Shown here piece by piece: positions 8,180-15,255 of a DNA stretch of 32,000 nt. Origin of the DNA: Pseudomonas aeruginosa (GTDB taxonomy: Bacteria; Pseudomonadota; Gammaproteobacteria; Pseudomonadales; Pseudomonadaceae). Position 1 is the stretch's first letter. Every line of letters starts with the position of its first letter. The position numbers were made by a program, and so were the translations under genes. The DNA is taken from contig NZ_LN831024.1 in the NCBI RefSeq assembly GCF_001457615.1, positions 90,001 to 122,000 on the forward strand, read 5' to 3'. The notes under the pieces are model-generated. The model was not told the origin of the DNA. It was given only the letters and a program-made list of their open reading frames with translations, and made no database searches.

Positions 8180-9649
8180 TCAGGAACGCCGTAGTCGAGC
8201 GCTGTGTTCCTCGTAGGCGCGGCTGAATTCGCGGCCGAAAAGCTCCTGGAAGTCGTCCTCCGCCTCGCGCAGGATCTTCGCGTACAGCTCGGTGAAACTG
8301 TCCCAGTTCTGTGCCTGGCGGGCCCCCGGCAGCAGGCCGGAAAGCCCGGCCGGCTTGCCGAAGCGGGCTTCCAGCGCGGCCGGTTCGAAGCGCGCCAGCA
8401 GGTGGCGGATGGCGGCCTGCACGCCGGCCATCACCGCCAGCTGGTGCGCCTTGAGGTCTTCGAAGCTGTCGGCCACCGCGCGATCCGGCGCCATGAACGC
8501 CTGGTTGTCGCGGCGCAGCAGGAGCAGCATGGCCTCGTCGACGTTCGGCGCGAACTTCAGCGGGTTGTTCTGCACCGGCTGGATCATGGTCTGCGCCATG
8601 CGGAACTCGCCCTTCAGGCTGGCCCGCGCGCGCAGCACGTCCACCAGTCCTTCCACCAGGCCGCGATAGCTGCGGCCGATGGCTTCCATCTGCGCTTCGG
8701 CGCCGGCCGGGTCGACCTTCAACTGGGTCATGCCGGCGCCGCGCAGGAACGCTTGCAGCAGGTCGCCGCCGGCCGACGCGGCGGCGCTTGCCGGCGGCGT
8801 CGGCGCCGCCACGCTCGCTGGCTGTGGCTGTGGCTGTGGCTGTGGCTGTGGCTGTGGCTGTTGGGTGATCCCTGGGTCGGCGAAGGGCATCGCCAGCGGC
8901 GTCGGTTCGGCCGTCGGCAGCGGCTGGGCGACGGGCGTGGCGCTTGGCGCGGGCGTGTTGCCGAGCAGTTCGGCGAACGGGTCCCAGTCGGCCGGAATCA
9001 GCGGTGCGCCGCCAGCGGGCGGTGGCGCCGGGGTGGTCGCGGGGGGCGGCGGGATCACCGGTTCCGGCGGGCGGAAGTCGTGCTGTTCGGCCGGTACATG
9101 GTCCGGACGCGGCGCCGCGCCGGGCGGCGGCGGGGTGAGGAAGTCGAACAGGTCGGGCTTGGTGTCCAGCGGCGAGCCGCCCTGGAAATGCGCCGTCACC
9201 GCGGGGTGCGGGGTGGGCGCCGGTTCGGCGAAGGCAGGCGCCGATCCGGCGGCCTGCCGGCTCATCAGGGCGTCGAAGCTGGTGAACGGATCGGTCTGCG
9301 GATTGCCGCTGCCGGGCAGGGCGATGTCATGGCCGAGCTGGACGAGGATGTCGTATTCGCCGAGGCGGACGGTCTCGCCGTCCTGCAGCGGCTCGCTGTT
9401 GCCGCGGCGCAGGCGGTGCCCGGCATTGACCAGCAGCACGCCGTTGGTGCTGGTGTCGGTGAGGTAGTACACCCCGTCGCGGTTGAGGATGGTGCAGTGG
9501 CGGCTGGAGACCAGGCGCTCCGGGTCCGGCAGGACCCAGTCGTTGTCCGGGCCCCGACCGATGGTCAGCTGTCCCTGGTCCAGTACCTTTTCCGAACACT
9601 GACCGGGGGTCAGCTTGTGGTAGCTGGTGATGGTCAATCGCAGCGGCAT
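8180..9649 (-). CDS. fha1: Fha1 (TagH-type FHA-domain scaffold, substrate of PpkA)
   Basis: Track ORF 8180..9772 was trimmed to the ATG at 9649..9647 (MPLRLTITSYHKL...), which has AAGGAG 6 nt upstream. The 41 upstream codons lie in the AT-richer intergenic region. The FHA domain is visible (TIGRGPDNDWVLPDPERLVSSRHCTI...YYLTDTSTNGVLLV), followed by a long Pro-rich linker with a QP repeat and a conserved C-terminal domain. Confidence 0.92.
   Translation of the reverse strand: MPLRLTITSYHKLTPGQCSEKVLDQGQLTIGRGPDNDWVLPDPERLVSSRHCTILNRDGVYYLTDTSTNGVLLVNAGHRLRRGNSEPLQDGETVRLGEYDILVQLGHDIALPGSGNPQTDPFTSFDALMSRQAAGSAPAFAEPAPTPHPAVTAHFQGGSPLDTKPDLFDFLTPPPPGAAPRPDHVPAEQHDFRPPEPVIPPPPATTPAPPPAGGAPLIPADWDPFAELLGNTPAPSATPVAQPLPTAEPTPLAMPFADPGITQQPQPQPQPQPQPQPASVAAPTPPASAAASAGGDLLQAFLRGAGMTQLKVDPAGAEAQMEAIGRSYRGLVEGLVDVLRARASLKGEFRMAQTMIQPVQNNPLKFAPNVDEAMLLLLRRDNQAFMAPDRAVADSFEDLKAHQLAVMAGVQAAIRHLLARFEPAALEARFGKPAGLSGLLPGARQAQNWDSFTELYAKILREAEDDFQELFGREFSRAYEEHSARLRRS
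8819..8860 (-). repeat. Perfect hexanucleotide microsatellite (TGGCTG)x7 on the plus strand = (CAGCCA)x7 coding (Gln-Pro)x7 within fha1
   Basis: Read directly from the sequence: 7 uninterrupted 6-nt units at 8819..8860, in frame in the Fha1 linker. Confidence 0.95.
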
Positions 9650-9668
9650 TGCTACTCCTTGCATTGCC
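9645..9668 (-). promoter_or_regulatory. fha1 translation-initiation hairpin: GGCAAUGC-AAGGAGUA-GCAAUGCC (SD/GGA in the loop, AUG in the 3' arm); candidate RsmA/CsrA-type site
   Basis: Complementarity worked out by hand on the mRNA strand gives 8 stem positions with one A.A mismatch and an 8-nt loop containing AAGGAG. The start codon at 9649..9647 lies inside the 3' arm. Confidence 0.55.
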
Positions 9669-9787
9669 AGCGCCCGGCTCTTCCAGGCGCTCACCCCCGT
9701 GCCCGAGGGATTTCGGTTCGCATCCAGGCTGGCCCGACGGCTTTCCGGCGTTTCGTCGCCTCGGGAAGACACATCGGGTGGTACCGG

Positions 9788-9817
9788 ATTATAAAAGACT
9801 AATCCTACGTCTTTTAA
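9788..9817 (-). promoter_or_regulatory. Candidate sigma70-type promoter for the fha1 operon, with an overlapping dyad symmetry
   Basis: On the minus strand there is a perfect -10 TATAAT (9793..9788). A -35-like TTAAAA (9817..9812) sits at 18-nt spacing, or TTTAAA at 19 nt. The inverted repeat TAAAAGAC-N9-GTCTTTTA (9792..9816) fills the spacer. No TSS data are available to me. Confidence 0.4.
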
Positions 9818-9866
9818 AGATTTGTCCGATCTGCGGTGTCATGCAACTAGTGGCGTTGTGCCTTCC

Positions 9867-9896
9867 TTGACAAGCCTTGCGGCATGCCACAAGAAT
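9867..9896 (+). promoter_or_regulatory. Candidate sigma70-type promoter for the tssA1 operon
   Basis: Perfect -35 TTGACA (9867..9872), an 18-nt spacer, and -10-like AAGAAT (9891..9896, 4/6 match). This would give a leader of about 110 nt before the GTG at 10017. Confidence 0.35.
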
Positions 9897-9994
9897 TTTG
9901 CCAACCTTTCGAGTCATCCGATATTCATCAATGGCTCCTACAAGATCCGACGGAGTGGATCTTACAAGCGAAGGTGAGGGCCGCGCAGCGGCTT

Positions 9995-10011
9995 CGATGA
10001 TAGGGAGATCG
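9995..10011 (+). promoter_or_regulatory. tssA1 leader element: short stem CGAU/AUCG with loop GAUAGGGAG carrying the SD/GGA motif
   Basis: Read from the sequence. AGGGAG (10002..10007) lies 9 nt upstream of the GTG start. Only a 4-bp stem is evident. RsmA control of the tssA1 leader is established knowledge. Confidence 0.45.
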
Positions 10012-10016
10012 TCACC

Positions 10017-11051
10017 GTGCTGGATGTACCCGTTTTGCTGGCTGCCGTATCCCCGGACTCGCCCTGTGGCGACGATCTGGAGTACGACGCCGCGTTCCTC
10101 GAACTCGAACGCATCGCCCAGGGCCAACCCGAGCGCCAGATGGGCGATGCCGTGCTGCCCGCCGAACCGCCGGAGTGGCCGCGCGTACGCGCGCTGGCCA
10201 GCGAACTGTTCGGCCGTAGCAAGGACCTGCGGGTAGCCAACCTGCTGCTGCAGAGCAACGTCGCCCTCGACGGCCTGGACGGGCTCGCCGACGGCCTGCT
10301 GCTGGTCCGCGAGCTGCTCGGCCAGTACTGGGACGGCGTCTATCCGCTGCTCGACGCCGATGACGACAACGACCCCACCTTCCGTATCAACGCCCTCACC
10401 GGCCTGGTCGCCGAACCGCTGCTGCAACTGGTCTGGGCGATCCCGCTGGTGCGCTCGCGGGCGTTCGGCCCGGTCAACCTGCGCGCCGCGCTGAACGCCG
10501 CCGGGCTGCAACGCTTCGCCAGCGAGACCCTGAGTCCCGAGCAGATCGCCGGCGCCTTCGCCGATGCCGACGCCGATGCGCTGGCCGCCACCCGGCGCGC
10601 CCTGGAAGGCGCCCAGGAACATGCCCTGGCCATCGAGAGCGGCGTCGCCGAACGGGTCGGCTCGGCCCAGGGACTCGACCTCGGTCCCCTTCGTCAACTG
10701 CTGCGCCAGGCCCTCCAGGTGTTCGACCTGTACGGCCCGCAGGGCGCCGGCGAGCCCTTGGCGCCGGGTGCCGAAGCGGCCGCCGACGAGCAGGGGGGCG
10801 CCGCGCCTGTCGCAGCCGTCGCCGCGCCGGCACCGCGAGCCAGCGGCGAGATCGCCAACCGCGAAGACGTCCTGCGCCAGCTCGACCGCCTGCTCGAGTA
10901 TTACGTTCGTCACGAGCCGTCGAGCCCGGTGCCGGTGCTGCTCAAGCGCGCCAAGACACTGGTGACGGCCGACTTCGCCGAAATCGTGAGGAATCTCATC
11001 CCCGATGGGATTTCCCAGTTCGAAACCCTGCGAGGCCCGGAAAGCGAGTAA
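10017..11051 (+). CDS. tssA1: TssA1 (ImpA_N-domain protein)
   Basis: 344-aa ORF with a GTG start at 10017. The N-terminus LLAAVSPDSPCGDDLEYDAAFLELE matches the ImpA_N signature. It is the first gene of the plus-strand operon. Confidence 0.93.
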   Translation: MLDVPVLLAAVSPDSPCGDDLEYDAAFLELERIAQGQPERQMGDAVLPAEPPEWPRVRALASELFGRSKDLRVANLLLQSNVALDGLDGLADGLLLVRELLGQYWDGVYPLLDADDDNDPTFRINALTGLVAEPLLQLVWAIPLVRSRAFGPVNLRAALNAAGLQRFASETLSPEQIAGAFADADADALAATRRALEGAQEHALAIESGVAERVGSAQGLDLGPLRQLLRQALQVFDLYGPQGAGEPLAPGAEAAADEQGGAAPVAAVAAPAPRASGEIANREDVLRQLDRLLEYYVRHEPSSPVPVLLKRAKTLVTADFAEIVRNLIPDGISQFETLRGPESE

Positions 11052-11098
11052 CGCCTAGCGGCCGTCCGGGCCAACGCTGCAAGCCGCCGGGGCGATTC

Positions 11099-11122
11099 CG
11101 ACGGCGCTAACAACCGCCGTCG
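11099..11122 (+). promoter_or_regulatory. 8-bp perfect hairpin (CGACGGCG-CUAACAAC-CGCCGUCG) in the tssA1-tssB1 spacer, just upstream of the tssB1 SD (GAGGGAGAA)
   Basis: Hand-checked base pairing with no mismatches and no U-tract. The function is unknown. Confidence 0.35.
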
Positions 11123-11139
11123 CGCGAGGGAGAAACAAG

Positions 11140-11658
11140 ATGGGAAGCACTACCAGCAGTCAGAAGTTCATCGCCAGGAACCGGGCGCCACGCGTGCAGA
11201 TCGAGTACGACGTGGAGTTGTACGGTGCCGAGAAGAAGGTCCAGCTGCCCTTCGTCATGGGCGTCATGGCCGACCTCGCCGGCAAGCCCGCCGAACCCCA
11301 GGCGGCGGTCGCCGACCGCAAGTTCCTGGAGATCGACGTGGACAACTTCGATGCCCGGCTGAAGGCGATGAAGCCGCGGGTGGCCTTCAACGTACCGAAC
11401 GTGCTGACCGGCGAAGGCAACCTGAGCCTGGACATCACCTTCGAGAGCATGGACGACTTCAGCCCCGCCGCGGTGGCGCGCAAGGTCGATTCGCTGAACA
11501 AGCTGCTCGAGGCGCGTACCCAGCTGGCCAACCTGCTGACCTACATGGACGGCAAGACCGGCGCCGAGGAAATGATCATGAAGGCGATCAAGGACCCGGC
11601 CCTGCTTCAGGCCCTGGCCAGCGCGCCGAAGCCCAAAGACGACGAGCCGCAGGCGTAA
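11140..11658 (+). CDS. tssB1: TssB1 (small sheath subunit, VipA family)
   Basis: 172-aa ORF with the typical TssB N-terminus (QKFIARNRAPRVQIEYDVELYGAEKKVQLPFVMGVMADL). SD GAGGGAGAA lies upstream. Confidence 0.96.
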   Translation: MGSTTSSQKFIARNRAPRVQIEYDVELYGAEKKVQLPFVMGVMADLAGKPAEPQAAVADRKFLEIDVDNFDARLKAMKPRVAFNVPNVLTGEGNLSLDITFESMDDFSPAAVARKVDSLNKLLEARTQLANLLTYMDGKTGAEEMIMKAIKDPALLQALASAPKPKDDEPQA

Positions 11659-11670
11659 GAGGATTCCAGC

Positions 11671-13167
11671 ATGGCCGAATTGAGCACCGAGAACCTGGCC
11701 CAGGGCCAGACCACCACCGAGCAGACCAGTGAGTTCGCCAGCCTGCTGCTGCAGGAGTTCAAGCCCAAGACCGAGCGCGCCCGCGAAGCGGTGGAGACCG
11801 CCGTGCGGACCCTCGCCGAGCATGCCCTGGAGCAGACCAGCCTGATCTCCAACGACGCGATCAAGTCGATCGAGTCGATCATCGCGGCGATCGACGCCAA
11901 GCTCACCGCGCAGGTCAACCTGATCATGCACCACGCCGACTTCCAGCAACTGGAAAGCGCCTGGCGCGGCCTGCACTACCTGGTCAACAACACCGAGACC
12001 GACGAGCAACTGAAGATCCGCGTGCTGAACATCTCCAAGCCGGAGCTGCACAAGACCCTGAAGAAATTCAAGGGCACCACCTGGGACCAGAGCCCGATCT
12101 TCAAGAAGCTCTACGAAGAGGAATACGGCCAGTTCGGCGGCGAGCCCTATGGCTGCCTGGTCGGCGACTACTACTTCGACCAGTCGCCGCCGGACGTCGA
12201 GCTGCTCGGCGAGATGGCGAAGATCTCCGCCGCCATGCACGCGCCGTTCATTTCCGCCGCCTCGCCGACGGTGATGGGCATGGGTTCCTGGCAGGAACTG
12301 TCCAACCCGCGCGACCTGACCAAGATCTTCACCACCCCGGAATACGCCGGCTGGCGTTCGCTGCGCGAGTCCGAGGACTCCCGCTACATCGGCCTGACCA
12401 TGCCGCGCTTCCTGGCGCGCCTGCCCTACGGGGCGAAGACCGATCCGGTGGAAGAGTTCGCCTTCGAGGAAGAAACCGACGGCGCCGACAGCAGCAAGTA
12501 CGCCTGGGCCAACTCGGCCTACGCGATGGCGGTCAACATCAACCGCTCCTTCAAGCTCTACGGCTGGTGCTCGCGGATCCGCGGCGTCGAGTCCGGCGGC
12601 GAGGTGCAGGGCCTGCCGGCGCACACCTTCCCCACCGACGACGGCGGCGTGGACATGAAGTGCCCGACCGAGATCGCCATTTCCGACCGCCGCGAGGCGG
12701 AGCTGGCGAAGAACGGCTTCATGCCGCTGCTGCACAAGAAGAACACCGACTTCGCCGCCTTCATCGGCGCGCAGTCGCTGCAGAAACCCGCCGAGTACGA
12801 CGATCCGGACGCCACCGCCAACGCCAACCTGGCGGCGCGCCTGCCCTACCTGTTCGCCACCTGCCGCTTCGCCCATTACCTGAAGTGCATCGTTCGCGAC
12901 AAGATCGGTTCCTTCAAGGAGAAGGACGAGATGCAGCGCTGGCTGCAGGACTGGATCCTCAACTACGTCGACGGCGACCCGGCCCACTCCACCGAGACCA
13001 CCAAGGCCCAGCACCCGCTGGCGGCGGCCGAAGTGGTGGTGGAGGAAGTCGAAGGCAATCCGGGTTACTACAACTCGAAGTTCTTCCTTCGCCCGCACTA
13101 CCAGCTCGAGGGACTGACGGTATCGCTACGCCTGGTATCCAAGCTGCCTTCGGCCAAAGAGGCCTGA
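11671..13167 (+). CDS. tssC1: TssC1 (large sheath subunit, VipB family)
   Basis: 498-aa ORF starting 12 nt after tssB1, with GAGGA as SD. Typical TssC motifs are visible (FQQLESAWRGLHYLV, PRFLARLPYG). Confidence 0.96.
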   Translation: MAELSTENLAQGQTTTEQTSEFASLLLQEFKPKTERAREAVETAVRTLAEHALEQTSLISNDAIKSIESIIAAIDAKLTAQVNLIMHHADFQQLESAWRGLHYLVNNTETDEQLKIRVLNISKPELHKTLKKFKGTTWDQSPIFKKLYEEEYGQFGGEPYGCLVGDYYFDQSPPDVELLGEMAKISAAMHAPFISAASPTVMGMGSWQELSNPRDLTKIFTTPEYAGWRSLRESEDSRYIGLTMPRFLARLPYGAKTDPVEEFAFEEETDGADSSKYAWANSAYAMAVNINRSFKLYGWCSRIRGVESGGEVQGLPAHTFPTDDGGVDMKCPTEIAISDRREAELAKNGFMPLLHKKNTDFAAFIGAQSLQKPAEYDDPDATANANLAARLPYLFATCRFAHYLKCIVRDKIGSFKEKDEMQRWLQDWILNYVDGDPAHSTETTKAQHPLAAAEVVVEEVEGNPGYYNSKFFLRPHYQLEGLTVSLRLVSKLPSAKEA

Positions 13168-13180
13168 GGCATTCAACGAC

Positions 13181-13205
13181 AGCGCCTGCCATGGTGGCGG
13201 GCGCT
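13181..13205 (+). promoter_or_regulatory. Hairpin between tssC1 and hcp1 (AGCGCCUGCC-AUGGU-GGCGGGCGCU)
   Basis: 10-bp stem including one U.G wobble that pairs only in the plus-strand RNA, with a 5-nt loop and no U-tract. It starts 14 nt after the tssC1 stop. Confidence 0.4.
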
Positions 13206-13242
13206 TGCATAGCGTAGTGGCGCGAGCCACACGGGAGGAAAG

Positions 13243-13731
13243 ATGGCTGTTGATATGTTCATCAAGATCGGCGACGTCAAGGGTGAGTCCAAGGACAAGA
13301 CTCACGCCGAGGAAATCGACGTGCTGGCATGGAGCTGGGGCATGTCCCAGTCCGGGTCGATGCACATGGGCGGTGGCGGCGGCGCCGGCAAGGTCAACGT
13401 GCAGGACCTGTCGTTCACCAAGTACATCGACAAGTCCACGCCCAACCTGATGATGGCCTGCTCCAGCGGCAAGCACTATCCGCAGGCGAAGCTGACCATC
13501 CGCAAGGCCGGCGGCGAGAACCAGGTCGAGTACCTGATCATCACCCTGAAGGAAGTCCTGGTGTCCTCGGTGAGCACCGGCGGCAGCGGTGGCGAGGATC
13601 GCCTGACCGAGAACGTGACCCTGAACTTCGCCCAGGTCCAGGTCGACTACCAGCCGCAGAAGGCGGATGGCGCGAAGGACGGCGGTCCGGTCAAGTACGG
13701 CTGGAACATCCGCCAGAACGTGCAGGCCTGA
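13243..13731 (+). CDS. hcp1: Hcp1, T6SS inner tube protein
   Basis: 162-aa ORF starting MAVDMFIKIGDVKGESKDKTHAEEIDVLAWSWGMSQ, the classic Hcp signature. SD GGGAGGA lies upstream. Confidence 0.97.
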   Translation: MAVDMFIKIGDVKGESKDKTHAEEIDVLAWSWGMSQSGSMHMGGGGGAGKVNVQDLSFTKYIDKSTPNLMMACSSGKHYPQAKLTIRKAGGENQVEYLIITLKEVLVSSVSTGGSGGEDRLTENVTLNFAQVQVDYQPQKADGAKDGGPVKYGWNIRQNVQA

Positions 13732-13742
13732 TGAGCCGGCTG

Positions 13743-13777
13743 CCGGTCATGGCGTGGCCAGGCCATGCCGTGGCCGG
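13743..13777 (+). terminator. Long GC-rich stem-loop 12 nt after the hcp1 stop; possible attenuator or 3' stabiliser (no U-tract, so not a canonical intrinsic terminator)
   Basis: The 35-nt near-palindrome CCGGUCAUGGCGUGG-CCAGG-CCAUGCCGUGGCCGG gives about 15 bp. Three of these are G.U/U.G wobbles that pair only in the plus-strand transcript. Confidence 0.45.
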
Positions 13778-13958
13778 TGCGAGCGCCCGCCATGCCGGGT
13801 GCCGAAGGCGCGCGCGGCGCGCCGCGGACCTCGTCCGCCCGACCTCCTGCCGGAGGTACTGAATTCCACCGGGTCGTCCGTCGCGTCCGCCGGGCGCCAT
13901 GGCCGACCCTTCATTCGCATCCGGGCGCCTGGGCTCCCGGCTACAGGGAAGTATCGCG

Positions 13959-14744
13959 ATGATCGCCGAAGAACTGTTGCGCGCCGGGCGCCTGGACGAT
14001 GCCTTGAAAGCCTTGCAGGAACAGGTGCGCAGCCAGCCGTCGAACGCTACCCTGCGGATCTTCCTGTTCCAGCTGCTGGCCGTGATGGGCCAGTGGGCGC
14101 GGGCGCAGAACCAGCTCAAGGTGGTCGGCGAACTGGATGCCTCGGCGCTGCCGATGGTACAGACCTACTCCACCGCCATCGACTGCGAGGCGCTGCGCCG
14201 CGAGGTGTTCGCCGGGCGCCTGACGCCGGTGATCCTCGGCCAGCCGGCGGAATGGATCGCGCCGCTGTTGCAGGCCCTGAGCCTGGACGCCGAAGGCCAT
14301 GGCGAGGCCGCCCAGGCCCTGCGCGAACAGGCCTTCGACGCCGCGCCGGCGGTGCCCGGGCGGATCGGCGAAGCGCCGTTCGCCTGGCTGGCGGATGCCG
14401 ACACGCGCCTCGGCCCGGTGCTCGAGGTAATCGTCAACGGTCGCTATGCCTGGTTGCCGATGAGCAACCTGCGCAGCCTCAAGGTCGAGGCGCCGAGCGA
14501 CCTGCGCGATCTGGTCTGGCTGCCGGCCGAACTGACCCTGGCCAACGGTGGCGCCACCGTCGCGCTGCTGCCGGCGCGCTACGCGGAAACCGTCGAGCAC
14601 GGCGACGACGCCGCGCGCCTGGGGCGCAAGACCGAATGGCTGGACAGCGGCCTGCCGGTCGGCCAGCGGCTGTTCGTCACCGATGCCGGCGAGACCGCGC
14701 TGTTCGACCTGCGTGAACTGGACTTCGAGCCGACGGACGCCTGA
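13959..14744 (+). CDS. tagJ1: TagJ1 (ImpE-family accessory protein)
   Basis: Track ORF 13899..14744 was trimmed to the ATG at 13959 ([23 protein letters not shown]...), which has AGGGAAG 8 nt upstream. The N-terminus is TPR-like, as in ImpE. The position matches PA0086. Confidence 0.9.
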
Positions 14745-14745
14745 C

Positions 14746-15255
14746 ATGGCCGAACTGACCCTCCAGGAGCGCCTGCAGCCGTCGCTGCTCGACCGCCTCA
14801 CCGACGATGAGCCGGGCAACCTCAAGGAAGCCGCGGAGCGCCGGGTGCTGACCCTGAACCAGCTGAAGGCCTCGGTGCTGCGCGACCTGGCGTGGCTGTT
14901 CAACACCACTTCGCTGTTCGACCACGGCCCCGCCGCACGGATGCCGGCCGGCAACTCGGTGCTCAACTACGGGCTGCCGGCGCTGGCCGGGCACACCGCG
15001 TCGAGCGTCGACGTGCATGCCATCGAGGCGCTGCTCACCGAGACCATCGCCACCTTCGAGCCGCGCATCATCCGTTCTTCGTTGCGGGTGCGCGCGCAAC
15101 TGCTGCCCGGCGAGATGGACCACAACGCCCTGAGCTTCGAGATCGAGGGCGACCTCTGGGCCGAACCGGCGCCGCTGCGCCTGCTGCTGACCACCAACCT
15201 GGACCTGGAGACCGGCCACGTGCGCGTCGCCCAGGGCGAGCGGAGGCGTACATGA
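14746..15255 (+). CDS. tssE1: TssE1 (gp25-like baseplate wedge protein)
   Basis: Track ORF 14548..15255 was trimmed to the ATG at 14746 ([23 protein letters not shown], the typical TssE/GPW_gp25 N-terminus). It starts 1 nt after the tagJ1 stop. Confidence 0.92.

Noticed and set aside
4968-8216. 1082-aa plus-strand ORF, plus the 813-aa minus-strand ORF at 5191..7632
   Set aside because: The first is antisense and the second is out of frame to tssL1/tssK1/tssJ1. They show the same high-GC artefact signature and span several real gene boundaries.
9650-9772. 41-codon N-terminal extension of fha1 suggested by track ORF 8180..9772
   Set aside because: The extension runs into the lower-GC intergenic leader and has no SD. 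The ATG at 9649 has AAGGAG at ideal spacing and begins the conserved MPLRLTITSY N-terminus.
9789-10913. 374-aa minus-strand ORF spanning the divergent promoter region and tssA1
   Set aside because: It is antisense to tssA1 and would have to be transcribed through both promoters. Its composition is artefactual.
13765-13962. 65-aa ORF in the hcp1-tagJ1 spacer
   Set aside because: It has no SD and an Arg/Pro/Ala-rich composition. It overlaps GC palindromes and the tagJ1 RBS. It is more likely non-coding structured RNA.
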